DNA from: Spirochaetia bacterium
GTDB lineage: Bacteria > Spirochaetota > Spirochaetia > SZUA-6 > Bin103
Length of the DNA: 64,000 nt
Direction of reading: 5' to 3'
Assembly (NCBI GenBank): GCA_965203905.1
Contig: CBDBDQ010000005.1
Coordinates: forward strand, 5,792,001 to 5,856,000
A program made the position numbers and the translations under genes. Of this stretch, positions 37,158 to 47,484 are shown piece after piece. Positions within the stretch are counted from its first letter, which is position 1. The number at the start of each line of letters is the position of its first letter. Below the pieces are notes generated by a model. That model worked only from the letters and a program-made list of their open reading frames with translations, had not been told where the DNA came from and searched no databases.

Positions 37158-38132
37158 TTAACCGTCTGAGAGTACCTTCCCATTATCTATCAAGAGCTGT
37201 TCATCGACTTCTAATGTCGGCTTATTGTATATCATATCCACGTGTATCGTAGTATGAATTGTCCCCCCACCCGCACTGCTTCCTACGGCAATATGGCCTG
37301 TACCGAGGACCGCTTCGTTCTCTATTAGGTACTTGCCAATTCGTGCGAATGGATTGAGTCCAAATGCTATCTCACCGATGTTATAGGCATTGGAATCATT
37401 TACCATCTTTAGGTTTTCTTGAAGCCATTGCGCCCAATTTCCTCCCCGTATTGACTCGGGCACCACAAATCCATCCTTGACCAACATCTCAATCGGTTTG
37501 TCCACCAATCCGAATGTTGATATTGCTCCGTCGATCACAATCCTGCCGTTGGCTGTACCTTCAATGGGGGCCCAGTTAACCTCTACATCCGGTGGCGCCT
37601 CCATGTTACCGGAGCCGGAGAAAATCCCTCTCAGGATATTCGGTTTCCTGCCCTTGATGCTGAACCTCAAGTCAGTACCCGATGGACTTGTAATTCTAGC
37701 GTCTTCTCCCACAAACAGCTCGGCAAGTCTTTCGGCATTCGCGCTCAATTCCTGAAAATCGGCTTTGATGAGAGCATCGGAATCCAGCAATTCCTCGTCA
37801 TATTGAGTCATCAACAAAACCCTTACGCCCAACTTCATAGCATCTTCTGTTGCTTTGGCGTGCGCTATTGAATAGGTAGTTGGCGTAAAGATCACGTCTG
37901 CCTTTTTCATCGCCTCAGCTATTGGACTCGGGGGTTCTTCATGATGCTGATGGCGCGGTGTCATCACCGTAATCACCACTTCAGCGCCCTTCATTCGACT
38001 AGCTATTGCGATGATTTTGGCGATATCAAGCATGTCGCTATCAGTAACGATGAGAGCTAGTTCACCGGATTTGACAAGAGCACATTCCTCGACGATCTTG
38101 ATAGCTCCCAAAGAGACCTTTAGTTCCTTCAT
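37158..38132 (-). CDS. M29-like metallo-aminopeptidase / NicX-like protein
   Basis: HEEPP, TSPSGTDL, PPDVEV, IGEIAFGLNP, GTGHIAVG, HVD. Confidence 0.78.
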   Translation of the reverse strand: MKELKVSLGAIKIVEECALVKSGELALIVTDSDMLDIAKIIAIASRMKGAEVVITVMTPRHQHHEEPPSPIAEAMKKADVIFTPTTYSIAHAKATEDAMKLGVRVLLMTQYDEELLDSDALIKADFQELSANAERLAELFVGEDARITSPSGTDLRFSIKGRKPNILRGIFSGSGNMEAPPDVEVNWAPIEGTANGRIVIDGAISTFGLVDKPIEMLVKDGFVVPESIRGGNWAQWLQENLKMVNDSNAYNIGEIAFGLNPFARIGKYLIENEAVLGTGHIAVGSSAGGGTIHTTIHVDMIYNKPTLEVDEQLLIDNGKVLSDG

Positions 38133-38145
38133 ATGTCTGCCTCCG

Positions 38146-39264
38146 TCACATTCTATATTTCTCTATAGTTTGCTCGTTTAGCTCAATACCAAGTCCTGGT
38201 TTGTCAGGCACTCTTATGTATCCATCCTCCAGCTTCGGGGGGTCCACTAATATTGCACTCATCAAAGGGGTTTCAGCGGTTCTATATTCTACGAAAAATC
38301 CCTTAGCCAGCGACGCAACCAAATGCAAGGCAGCGGTCAGGTTAATAGCACTGCTCCAGCTATGTGGAACCAGCAGAGTGTTCCACTGTTCGGCTAAGTC
38401 AGCGATCCTCTTACATTCAGAAAGGCCGCCTGCTACGTGAACATCGGGTTGGATCACGTCCAGAGCATTTCTAACAATCCAGTCCCTGAAACCAAATACT
38501 GTCTGTAGTTCCTCCCCGGCTGCGATGCTCAAGTCTAATGCTCGGGACAGCTCAACGTAGCCTTCGATGTCAGTCCTCAGAAGCGGTTCTTCCCACCATA
38601 ACACGTCGTACTTCTCCAACTTTCTGCCTAGCTTTAGTGCTTCCGGAAAGGTCAGCGTGGATGGTCCATCGACCATCAGTGTAAATCCATAACCGAAGGT
38701 GTCTCTGATGACCTTGATGATCTCTTCACTCTCATCCAAGTCCAGCCCAAAACCTCCGTAACCCAGTTTCACTCCGGTGAAGCCCTCGCCGAGGACTCGC
38801 CTGACCAACTCGATTGTCTTGTCTGGATTCTGCATATCGAACACGTCACTGGCGTACGCCCTAATTTTATCGTGGTAGTGCCCTCCAAGTAGCTTGTAGA
38901 TGGGCACACCCCATTTTTTCCCGACAATGTCCAGTAGTGCCGTGTCGATTGCACTGATAGCATCGAGCGCCAAGCCGCGCTGTCGCGTGTACATTTCGCT
39001 CAGATACATCTTATTCCATAACCGGCGGTATTCAAGCGGATCCTCTCCAACGATCAGGGGTTTGAATCCTCTTTCAATAAGTGTCTTTACGCTTGCCCCG
39101 GCTTCGTGGAAAAAGCAATGCGTCATGGCATCTCCTATTCCCACTATGCCCTCATCGGTTTCGACTCTTACGATAGCGATTGAGCCACGCGGTCCAAATG
39201 GGACCGGTTCTTTGGTGGGCAGTGTATGCTTCACCACATCAACATGTACAGATGTAATCTTCAT
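38146..39264 (-). CDS. Mandelate racemase/muconate lactonizing enzyme family protein
   Basis: SAIDTALLD, KLG, LMVD, WWEEP, AAGE, QPD, PGLG; GGAGG RBS. Confidence 0.9.
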   Translation of the reverse strand: MKITSVHVDVVKHTLPTKEPVPFGPRGSIAIVRVETDEGIVGIGDAMTHCFFHEAGASVKTLIERGFKPLIVGEDPLEYRRLWNKMYLSEMYTRQRGLALDAISAIDTALLDIVGKKWGVPIYKLLGGHYHDKIRAYASDVFDMQNPDKTIELVRRVLGEGFTGVKLGYGGFGLDLDESEEIIKVIRDTFGYGFTLMVDGPSTLTFPEALKLGRKLEKYDVLWWEEPLLRTDIEGYVELSRALDLSIAAGEELQTVFGFRDWIVRNALDVIQPDVHVAGGLSECKRIADLAEQWNTLLVPHSWSSAINLTAALHLVASLAKGFFVEYRTAETPLMSAILVDPPKLEDGYIRVPDKPGLGIELNEQTIEKYRM

Positions 39265-39434
39265 TTCTAAAATGCCTCCCCCGGAAACAGGTTCATGCCT
39301 CGATAGCAGAACTCTCCCGTCATCTCCAATTCCCGCCATGCCGGCGAAATCGTGCTGCACTTCCGTTTCGCACAGTGGCTGGAACAGGAGTGCACCTGCG
39401 TTTACCGCGGAGCCGAGTAGCCACGACGCGTCGC

Positions 39435-40457
39435 CTACTTCCAAACCTGGCGTGCGACTCGGAGCCAATTCTCCCCAAGGATACCGCGAACGTCGGACTC
39501 TGAATAACTGCGTTCAAGCAGGCCCTCGGTCAGCTCTGGAACCTGCTCCGGCGTCGCGTAGTTGGCCACCAACTCAGCATCGTAACCTAACTCGGCTGGA
39601 TAGCGCGAACGGTTCATTGGTGCCAGCACACGCTCTCTTAGCCATCCTGGCGGGTCGTAGAGAAAATCGAGTCCGATGCCAACGTACTGCGGTCCGCCCG
39701 CCACTTCCGCGTGATAATCGATCATGTTCAGCAAGCCCTCTGTGGAGGGACCCGCGTCCACCATGAACTGATCGCAGCCGACGATGCCAATTACACCGCC
39801 CGATCTTGCACAAGCCTTGATCTGATCGTCGCGGATGTTACGGCCATGTTCGAAAAGCGCAAAGGGGTTCGAGTGCGAGAAAATCACTGGGCCTTGAGAG
39901 ACTTCGAAAACGTCCATGGAGGTGCGATAGCCGGTGTGACTCACGTCGACCAGGACCCCAACGCGGTTCATCTCTTGGACCAGTTCGATACCGAACCGGG
40001 TGAGCCCCGCGTCCACCCGCTCGTGACACCCGCCGCCCACTGCGTTGCCCTGGTTGTACGCCATGAGCATTTGACGAACGCCCAGCTTGCAATAGACTTC
40101 GACCAAGTTGATGTCGCGTCCTATGGATTCCGTACCTTGCAAGTTAAATCCCACGGCCAGCTTGCCATCTCGCTTCGCACGCAGCACGTCGTCGACTTTC
40201 TCGACCAATACGAACTGGTCTGCATGGGCGCGGAAAAATGCCCTGTTCTCGGCGATCCCACGTATGGTCTCCTCGACGCTTTCTCCATCAAGGGCGACGG
40301 TCAAGGATACGAATGTGTACCCGGAGGCAATCATCCTCGGCAGCGTCGCCGCCCGCAGCTCGCACGAGCCATATTTCAACCACGGCAGCAAACTGTCCCA
40401 TACGATAGCGTCGCGGTGCAAGGTTGCCGCATCCTGTGAGATGTTCCAGTCGTTCAC
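39435..40457 (-). CDS. Membrane (renal-type, M19) dipeptidase family protein
   Basis: GLTRFG..LV.EMNRVG, VDVSH, FSHSN, RNIRD, VGIGLDF, ILGEN. Confidence 0.88.
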   Translation of the reverse strand: MNDWNISQDAATLHRDAIVWDSLLPWLKYGSCELRAATLPRMIASGYTFVSLTVALDGESVEETIRGIAENRAFFRAHADQFVLVEKVDDVLRAKRDGKLAVGFNLQGTESIGRDINLVEVYCKLGVRQMLMAYNQGNAVGGGCHERVDAGLTRFGIELVQEMNRVGVLVDVSHTGYRTSMDVFEVSQGPVIFSHSNPFALFEHGRNIRDDQIKACARSGGVIGIVGCDQFMVDAGPSTEGLLNMIDYHAEVAGGPQYVGIGLDFLYDPPGWLRERVLAPMNRSRYPAELGYDAELVANYATPEQVPELTEGLLERSYSESDVRGILGENWLRVARQVWK

Positions 40458-40789
40458 GTTGCCTCTCCCGATATATTGGTGATACCAGATTATAGGAGGG
40501 ATAAGTGGGCGAATGTCAAGTCAGTCAGCCGGCGCCGCTGGCGCCGGCGGGTAGCCAACGGCGACCCGCACCCGCTGGCGCATTAGGCGTGGTGTTGCTG
40601 CGGCACGGCGACCAGTTCCTGCTGACCAACGAGGCCGTACCCGTCACCCTGTTGCGCCACTACTCCTTTCCACAATGAGGATGATCCGAGACCGCGCGCG
40701 AGCCGCCGCGTTTCGACGGAGACGCGGACCCGCCAACGGACCCGCCATTGGGCGACGGTCCTGCCCGAAACGGACGCAAGCTAGATTCT

Positions 40790-41010
40790 GACCGCGTGGC
40801 TGCCGATCACCGAAGCTACCCGGGACAACGGCTGCCTGCTGGTCGCGCCGGGCCGTCGTCGGCGCGGCGTCATGACGCACTCTCACGATCAGCGATCGAA
40901 CTACAGCCGCCAGGGGATACCCGAACGGCCTGGTCGGCGCCCAGTGCAGCACGCTGGAGATGGAGGCCGGCGAGGTACTGTTCCTTACAAACTGACGATG
41001 GGATCGGCGC
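40790..41010 (+). pseudogene. Degenerate PhyH-family dioxygenase remnant
   Basis: Hand-translated WLPITEATRDNGCLLVAPG and LEMEAGEVLFL fragments in broken frames. Confidence 0.55.
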
Positions 41011-41029
41011 AGCGCACGATCGCGTTGTC

Positions 41030-41418
41030 TTCCATGCGGAACGCGACTCCCGCTCGGCGCAGTTCCCCGGCGACGTAGGAATGGCCGTTCATGAAGCAGT
41101 TCACCGAGAACGGCAGATTGCGGACCCCCTTGGGCGCCGTCAGGATCGGGAATCCGGTGCTGCTCGGTGTAGCTCTCCAGCGAGCGCCGATAGGTAGGTA
41201 GCGGTGCGCCGCGCCAACACCGCCGGGGTGATCCGTGCGTCGCCGCAGACCTCGCGGAAGAAGTGCACGATGTTCTCAGGCCGCTGCAGCCGCGGGTAGT
41301 AGCCGCGCAGCACGATGCGGTCCCAGCAGGCGTAGCTGAACTGGACGAAGTGCCCGAAGAGTTGCAAGAATCGATCCATGAACCGGCCCTCACGGTGTTG
41401 GCGTATTGCACACACCAA
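41030..41418 (-). mobile_element. Transposase-like 5-prime fragment, frameshifted
   Basis: MDRF...QFSYACWDRIVLRGYYPRLQRPENIVHFF resembles the N-terminus of a large IS transposase family. Confidence 0.5.
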
Positions 41419-41529
41419 CCTAACGCAAGGAGGGTCGGTTCATGTCAGCGCCGGTGGCGTACCATCATCTATCGCCACCGGCAACGGCGACCTACCCCTG
41501 TCGGCCTCCAGCAGCTCTCAGGTTTACTT

Positions 41530-41895
41530 GGCTAGGAGCTTGGCCCCAGGGTGGTGGCGTAGACAGTGATGAGGTCTGTCAGCCGGCGCTGCCGGGCGGC
41601 GATCATCCCGTTCAGGAGAATGCCTGCTAGGTACGCCTTGGCCGCACCACTCAGTCGAAAGCGGAGGATTTCATGGCACGACGCAGACGCAAAGGCAAGG
41701 GCAGTCGCACAGCGCAACCGAAGACGCTGTACCCGGATGGCGCTGGCTTGGACCCAACCAGCACCGAAGTATACGCGGCGGTGCGCCCTGCGCGCGACCC
41801 GGACCCGATCCGGAACTTTCCCACGTTCACGGCCAACCTGCACGCCTTGGCGAACTGGCTCAAGGAATGCCAGGTAACCACCGTGGCTATGGAGG
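41530..41895 (+). mobile_element. IS110-family remnant: non-coding end plus truncated recombinase N-terminus
   Basis: AGLD...VYAAV...FPTFTANLHALANWLKECQVTTVAME matches the IS110 DEDD N-terminus; breaks just after AME. Confidence 0.7.
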
Positions 41896-41901
41896 ACTAC
41901 G

Positions 41902-43947
41902 ATGCCGGGCGGTAGGATTCCTGACGGACCACGAGTGACGCTCAAAGATATCGTGAGCGCTCTGCAGCAGTTGAACATCGCTCGCGGAAACGTAGTGTAC
42001 ATGCACAGCTCGCTCAGCAGCATGGGGCATGTGGAGGGCGGCGCCGACACTGTCATCGATGCGTTCCTCCACGTGCTCGGCCCTGAGGGAACCTTCTGTG
42101 TTCCGACGATCGTCTTTGCCGCTCAAGGACCACGGCCGCCGTTCGATGTCGAGCAGTCACCGTCTGAGGTCGGGCGCATCACCGAAACCCTGCGGCTCCG
42201 CCCCGATGCGCATCGTAGCATCAATCCCACCCACAGCGTCGCTGCAATCGGGGCGCAGGCAAAGGCGATAACGACAGGACATGATCGAGGGAGAGGACGG
42301 CCAAGTCCTTGGGGCGAGCTAGCCTTTGGTTACGAAAGCCCCTGGCAGAGGTTCTACGACCTCGATGCAACCTGCGTGCTCCTCGGAGTCGACTGGGAAG
42401 TCAACACGATGTTTCATTACGTGCAGGCTCGATTCATCGAGCCGTACTGGAGCGAGCTCGCGGTATCGCCGCCGTTCCCGAATTTCGCGAGGACGCCGGT
42501 GGGTAATGCGCTCGAGGCGGCCGGTATTGTGCGAAAATGCTGGATCGGATCGGCCACGGTGACGTGCGTGGAATCGCGTCCGATGGTGGCTCGGTCCCTT
42601 GAGGTGTTGGAGAAGAACCCGGCCGGAATTTTCGAAGAGGGTGAGCAGAGCTCCTACGTTCGCTGGTATCGGAGCGTACCAGAACGGCGACGCAGGCTGA
42701 AAGCAGGCGCCACGCGGCTCAGCATCACCCCGTCGCCAGATCTCGCCGGCGAGGCCCGTGTACTAGAGCCGCTCCTTGCACGAGCCCTGGTCCTTGAGCA
42801 TCGAGACCGCATCGTGGCGATCGTCGTCTGTGACCTCTACGGACTCGAGCGGCGATACGTGACGGAAGCCCGCAGGCTGATCGAAAAGCAAACCGGCATT
42901 CCGGCAGCGCACGTGTTGATAGCGTGCACCCACAATCACGCGGGGGTGGACACACTTCACCCCGTGAATGATGCCGCGGAGCAGTACTACTCGTATGTTG
43001 TCCGCAGAATCGCAGAAGCGGTTGCAGCAGCCCGCGACCAGACCCAAGAAGTCCGCGGCGGTACGGCTCATTCCCTGCTCGAGGGTATCGCGCAGAATCG
43101 GCGGCTGCGCCTCTCGGAGGGCCGTGTGATAACTCTGCGCCGCTTTGTACCCTCGTCGTGGCAGCTCTATCGGACGGGGGACTACGCAGCCGGCCCGGTG
43201 GATCGAGACCTCACGGTGCTTCGCCTGGAGACCCTCGACGGGGCACCGCTTGCGCTCCTTTCGGCTCTTGGCTGCCATAACGATACTGGAGGGATGTATA
43301 CACCGGTCGGAATCTCAGGCGACTTCTTCGGTCATGCCATGCTGACACTCGAGAGGCTGTACCCCGGCTGTACCGCCATGATCGGTTTCGGTGCCGGAGG
43401 AGGAGACGTAGACTTCGATTTCGTGCCGTATGCCAATCTATCGCGGGCGCGCAGCAAGTATCCGTTCCGGCGATTCGGCCGACTCCTTGCGGCTCAGGTT
43501 GCCGCCGCCTTCGAACAGGTAGAGGTCGACGACGGTGGGTACCTGGACATCCGCTCAGAGAGCGTGCCGTTTCGGCTGCGACGAGAGGTTCGCCGTCTAC
43601 TCCCGGATGTCGAGCGTCCAACCGGTGAGGTGCAGGCGATTCAGATTGGGAATCTTGCGGTGATTGGAGTGCCTGGAGAGGTGTTCGCTGAGACGGCGCT
43701 CGAGCTGAGACGGCACTTGCCTGTTGCCCACGCGATCATCGTCGGGCTGGCGAACGATGATCTCGGCTACCTGCCGCCGCCGTCCGCGTATCGGGAAGGA
43801 GGCTATGAGCTCGAGCCGCGCGTTCGCGCCCGCATGGACGACCGTGCGGAGCCCGCACTCAAGCAGTCGATCTCGAGTCTGCTCGAAAAAATGGCGAGCG
43901 AAAGAACCCGACAAACTGGTATCCAGTATAATTGTATCAACCCTTGA
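41902..43947 (+). CDS. Fusion of AAC(3)-family acetyltransferase and neutral/alkaline-ceramidase-like hydrolase domains
   Basis: N-half HSSLSSMG.V.GGA, CVPT, RSINPTHS, LLGV..NT.FH; C-half LARALVL, VCDL, ACTHNHAG, GVPGEVF, GLAND.LGY. Confidence 0.8.
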   Translation: MPGGRIPDGPRVTLKDIVSALQQLNIARGNVVYMHSSLSSMGHVEGGADTVIDAFLHVLGPEGTFCVPTIVFAAQGPRPPFDVEQSPSEVGRITETLRLRPDAHRSINPTHSVAAIGAQAKAITTGHDRGRGRPSPWGELAFGYESPWQRFYDLDATCVLLGVDWEVNTMFHYVQARFIEPYWSELAVSPPFPNFARTPVGNALEAAGIVRKCWIGSATVTCVESRPMVARSLEVLEKNPAGIFEEGEQSSYVRWYRSVPERRRRLKAGATRLSITPSPDLAGEARVLEPLLARALVLEHRDRIVAIVVCDLYGLERRYVTEARRLIEKQTGIPAAHVLIACTHNHAGVDTLHPVNDAAEQYYSYVVRRIAEAVAAARDQTQEVRGGTAHSLLEGIAQNRRLRLSEGRVITLRRFVPSSWQLYRTGDYAAGPVDRDLTVLRLETLDGAPLALLSALGCHNDTGGMYTPVGISGDFFGHAMLTLERLYPGCTAMIGFGAGGGDVDFDFVPYANLSRARSKYPFRRFGRLLAAQVAAAFEQVEVDDGGYLDIRSESVPFRLRREVRRLLPDVERPTGEVQAIQIGNLAVIGVPGEVFAETALELRRHLPVAHAIIVGLANDDLGYLPPPSAYREGGYELEPRVRARMDDRAEPALKQSISSLLEKMASERTRQTGIQYNCINP

Positions 43948-44896
43948 GGGAGCCCATGAACACACCCCTGATGAAATACCTCTGTAGGAAGGGATAGAGA
44001 AAAATTATGGGACCTATGGTCAATATCAGAATCGCCGCGCGTACCGATTCAGTCGGCAACTCCACCTCTCTTTCCCGGAGAAACATCCCCACCATGGTGT
44101 CTTCAGTCAGAAGCACCTCGTGAATCAGCCTCCGCAAAAGAATCTGAAGTACGATTTTAGATTCGCTCTTCATCAGTATCAATGCATGGAACCATTCATT
44201 CCAATGCCATACCGCGGTCCAGAGAGCGATCACAGCCAGCACCGGCTTGGACAGCGGAATCACTATCTTTAGCAGAATCTGGAGATAATTTGCGCCATCC
44301 ATAAAGGCCGATTGTTCGTACGCGTCATCTATCGTCATCAGGAAGTTTCTCATGATAATAACATAGAATCCCATAGCCATCTCGGGTAGGATAAGGGCCA
44401 GTCGCGTATCAAACAGTCCGAGCTTCCTAATGACCAGATACAGAGGGATGATGCCGCCGCTGAAAAACATGGTAACGACGATGTACAGCGTCAACAGATT
44501 CCTTCCCGGAAGCCTTCTCTTGGACAACGGATAAGCTGCCAACAGAGTGCATAGAACCGTCAGCAACGTGCCCAGTATTGTCCTCACGATGGAGTTGACA
44601 TAGGCAACACCAACATTGCCATACCTCGAGAACGCAAACTCATACGCAGTCAGACTCCACTTTCTTATCCAAATATGAAAACCCAGCGTCGTGGCATCAC
44701 CGACCCCGGAAAACGACAACAGAAAGGTGCTCCACACCGAATACAGAATAACGCTGCTGAAGAGCACCAGAAAGAGATGGTTGAAACTGTCAAAGATGAT
44801 CTCGCCGGGCGTTCTGCGGCGTAGGAAACGCAGCCACCTCCAGCGCAATCCAGCAAGTGTAATAGCGCTACCAGACTGCATATTCACCTTCACCAA
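43937..44896 (-). CDS. Carbohydrate ABC transporter permease (MalG-like), copy 1
   Basis: FSGGIIPLY, EQSAFMDGA (EAA loop), WNEWF, PFLQRYF. Confidence 0.92.
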   Translation of the reverse strand: MVKVNMQSGSAITLAGLRWRWLRFLRRRTPGEIIFDSFNHLFLVLFSSVILYSVWSTFLLSFSGVGDATTLGFHIWIRKWSLTAYEFAFSRYGNVGVAYVNSIVRTILGTLLTVLCTLLAAYPLSKRRLPGRNLLTLYIVVTMFFSGGIIPLYLVIRKLGLFDTRLALILPEMAMGFYVIIMRNFLMTIDDAYEQSAFMDGANYLQILLKIVIPLSKPVLAVIALWTAVWHWNEWFHALILMKSESKIVLQILLRRLIHEVLLTEDTMVGMFLREREVELPTESVRAAILILTIGPIIFLYPFLQRYFIRGVFMGSLKG

Positions 44897-45845
44897 ATCT
44901 CTTTATGACTAGGTTCGCGGCTATCAGCAGAACTACCCCAATAACATTCTTGAACAACCCCACCGCCGTCGAAAAGTCGAACCGCCTCTCAATGATTCCC
45001 ACGCGATATACATACGTATCTATGATATCGGCAACCTCGTATACAATGGGGTTATACAGGTTGAAAATCTGGTCAAATCCTGCATTCATGATATATCCCA
45101 CCCTCAGCAGGAGCAGGATGGAGATAATCGGCAGCAAAGAGGGTAAGGTGATAAACCGCGCTTGCTTGAGGCGGCTTGCGCCGTCAATCGAGGCGGATTC
45201 GTACAATCCTGGGTCAATGGTGGAAATCGCGGCCAAGTACACGACGGTGCTCCATCCTACCTCCTTGAATATGTCGGAAATCACCAGGATAGGTCGAAAG
45301 TAGGTGGTGCTGGTCAACATGTTGGGCGGTTCGGCCCCGAACAAGGTATATAGATACCCAACAATGCCCCGTTGCGGAGACAGAATCTCGATCATGATCG
45401 ATGCCAGAACCACCCAGGAAAAGAAATGGGGCAGATACGATATCGATTGCGTTATTCGCTTGAAGGTAGCATTCCTCAACTCATTGATCAGCAATGCCAA
45501 CAGTATCGGTGCCGGAAACCCAAACACGATTCGGTACACACTGATGATGATCGTGTTGCGCAGAATGCGCCCGAAATAGGTGTTGCTGAAGAGCATCTCG
45601 AAGTGATGAAAATTGTTCCAGGGACTGCCCAAAATCCCGTCGATAACCCGATATTGCTTGAACGCAATAAGGAGACCATACATGGGCATGTAATGGAACA
45701 CGAAAAAAGCAACGAACGGAACCAGGAAGAAGAGATAGAGGAGCTTCATGCGCTTCGCGCTATTCCATCGTTCCCTCCTGAGCGTCTTTTGGATGGCGAG
45801 CTCGTTGCCGGAACCGTTGTGCTCGATAGAAGCGACGTGGCTCAT
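44868..45845 (-). CDS. Carbohydrate ABC transporter permease (LplB/MalF-like), copy 1
   Basis: YLPHFFSWVV, YESASIDGA, IIDTYVY. Confidence 0.92.
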   Translation of the reverse strand: MSHVASIEHNGSGNELAIQKTLRRERWNSAKRMKLLYLFFLVPFVAFFVFHYMPMYGLLIAFKQYRVIDGILGSPWNNFHHFEMLFSNTYFGRILRNTIIISVYRIVFGFPAPILLALLINELRNATFKRITQSISYLPHFFSWVVLASIMIEILSPQRGIVGYLYTLFGAEPPNMLTSTTYFRPILVISDIFKEVGWSTVVYLAAISTIDPGLYESASIDGASRLKQARFITLPSLLPIISILLLLRVGYIMNAGFDQIFNLYNPIVYEVADIIDTYVYRVGIIERRFDFSTAVGLFKNVIGVVLLIAANLVIKRFGEGEYAVW

Positions 45846-45890
45846 CAGGCGCCTTTCCTCGGAACTACTCAGGAGGCAGCTCCAAATTGG

Positions 45891-45919
45891 ATGCTACGCC
45901 GTCCCTCGGAGAATGTCAA
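45891..45919 (-). promoter_or_regulatory. Sigma70 promoter of ABC cassette copy 1
   Basis: TTGACA-N17-TAGCAT, conserved in all three cassette copies. Confidence 0.65.
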
Positions 45920-45959
45920 CTAGCAGAGGGAAATCGCGCTGTAGCGGTGTTACTTGGAC

Positions 45960-46340
45960 CGTTGAGCGAACGGGGTGAGCAGCCGGCATGCGGCCGGCGC
46001 GCGGGCGCCCCGTTGGAGGACAAGTCGGGCCACGGCGCGCAGATCAGCGACTGACTCGGCCTGCTGGTGGCCCAGTGAGTGAGAGTGGCAACCAGGCTGC
46101 GGCGGCCGCGAGGCGTGCAACTCAGAGTATATACCGGTTCCGCTGCGAACCGGTGGGGTAAGCCTGTCTGGTGGGGGCGGCGCGCGGCCGGTAGTAAGGC
46201 GCTCCTGACGAGACTACGGAGGGGTTCGGCGTGGTCAGCCTGCATGAGTCCCAAGGGCCATCTGGAGCGGGCCACCGGAGTGAACACCCGCCGATGGTCG
46301 GCCACAGGGATACGTATCGCCTCGCCCACCGCCATTTACC
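45960..46340. mobile_element. Degenerate transposase debris
   Basis: Minus-strand fragment IRIPVADHRRVFTPVARS resembles DDE transposase C-terminal segments; no intact ORF. Confidence 0.35.
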
Positions 46341-46631
46341 CTCGCTCTGACCACCCCCTCCTGCCAGCACCCGGGCACGCTGCGTTGTCGACGGATGCAG
46401 TTGGCCACGAACAGACGCTCAAGGGATACTTAGCGCCGAGCTGCAACGGCCCGATCTGAGGCCGGACCGGCTCCCCGGCCCGCTCCCCCTTTGGCGCCAC
46501 TTTTGTTATACTCCCCTTACTGCCAGGGTGGTTGAGAGACCGACCAGCATTCTGGCTCACTTTCCCGCCGGCGCCCGCAGCGCATGCAGCTAGTCATCTA
46601 GTGCGGTGGGAACCATGTAACGGAGCTGTAC

Positions 46632-47378
46632 TTGCTCAAGATTTGGGCCGAGAAAAAGCGACAGACGGTGGCCTTTGAACTTCCGCAATTGCCCGGGGAA
46701 ACATTTCAGATTGTAATCCCCGAAATGATTACCGATACGAAGGGCCCGATCGTGCCATGGGGACAACAGAGTCGCCATTGGGACATAACAGATAGTGCTG
46801 CCGCCTGGTCGGTTGAAATAGAAGATGTTGTCCACATGGAGGCAAGAGTTGTGTTTCAAGGCGACCACATTCAGGCATTGGTGAGCGTGAAGAATCTCTC
46901 AACAAATCCCTGGGAAAATGCCAACGCCTTTACCTGTTTTCGGATTCGCTACGCAGCTTCCTTTCAGGACCCGCAACTGGTTAGAACCTACGTACCGGTT
47001 GCCGGGAAATGGAAATCTATGGCAACCCTATTCGCGCAACATCACCGCGCGGAAGGGCCTTACACGTTTTTTCGCGTTAAGCCAGGGCCAGAGTTAGAGG
47101 ATCTCTGGGTCTGCAGTGGGTACGAACGAACACCCCCAGCCCATTTCCATCCACAAGCTGTCTCCAAGGGATGTTGTTGTGTGGTTTCGACGGAGGGAAC
47201 CTGGATCGCCGGAATGACGACGCAAACTCCTGCCTACCTGTTTAATGCCAGGAATAATTGCATACACGCGGATCCAACCTTCGGTACCGTTGCTCCCGGA
47301 GCCACCGCCGAGGCCAGCAGCATCATCCATATCTTCCGCGGAACCCTTCGAGATTTCACGGAACGATGTGAAAGATAG
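46632..47378 (+). CDS. Hypothetical protein (predicted beta-rich)
   Basis: 248-codon ORF with protein-like composition in the low-GC island. Confidence 0.65.
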   Translation: MLKIWAEKKRQTVAFELPQLPGETFQIVIPEMITDTKGPIVPWGQQSRHWDITDSAAAWSVEIEDVVHMEARVVFQGDHIQALVSVKNLSTNPWENANAFTCFRIRYAASFQDPQLVRTYVPVAGKWKSMATLFAQHHRAEGPYTFFRVKPGPELEDLWVCSGYERTPPAHFHPQAVSKGCCCVVSTEGTWIAGMTTQTPAYLFNARNNCIHADPTFGTVAPGATAEASSIIHIFRGTLRDFTERCER

Positions 47379-47484
47379 CGTGAACACGACCACAGCAAGC
47401 TCGCTGCTTAGGAATTGCATTGCTGCCAAGTCTAGCGAGCGAGACTGAATGATGTGGACTGCAACGCGTTATACTAGGCCTTTT

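Noticed and set aside
41902-42700. Bona fide aminoglycoside resistance gene
   Set aside because: AAC(3)-family fold only; fused and in a catabolic context, so resistance cannot be claimed from sequence.
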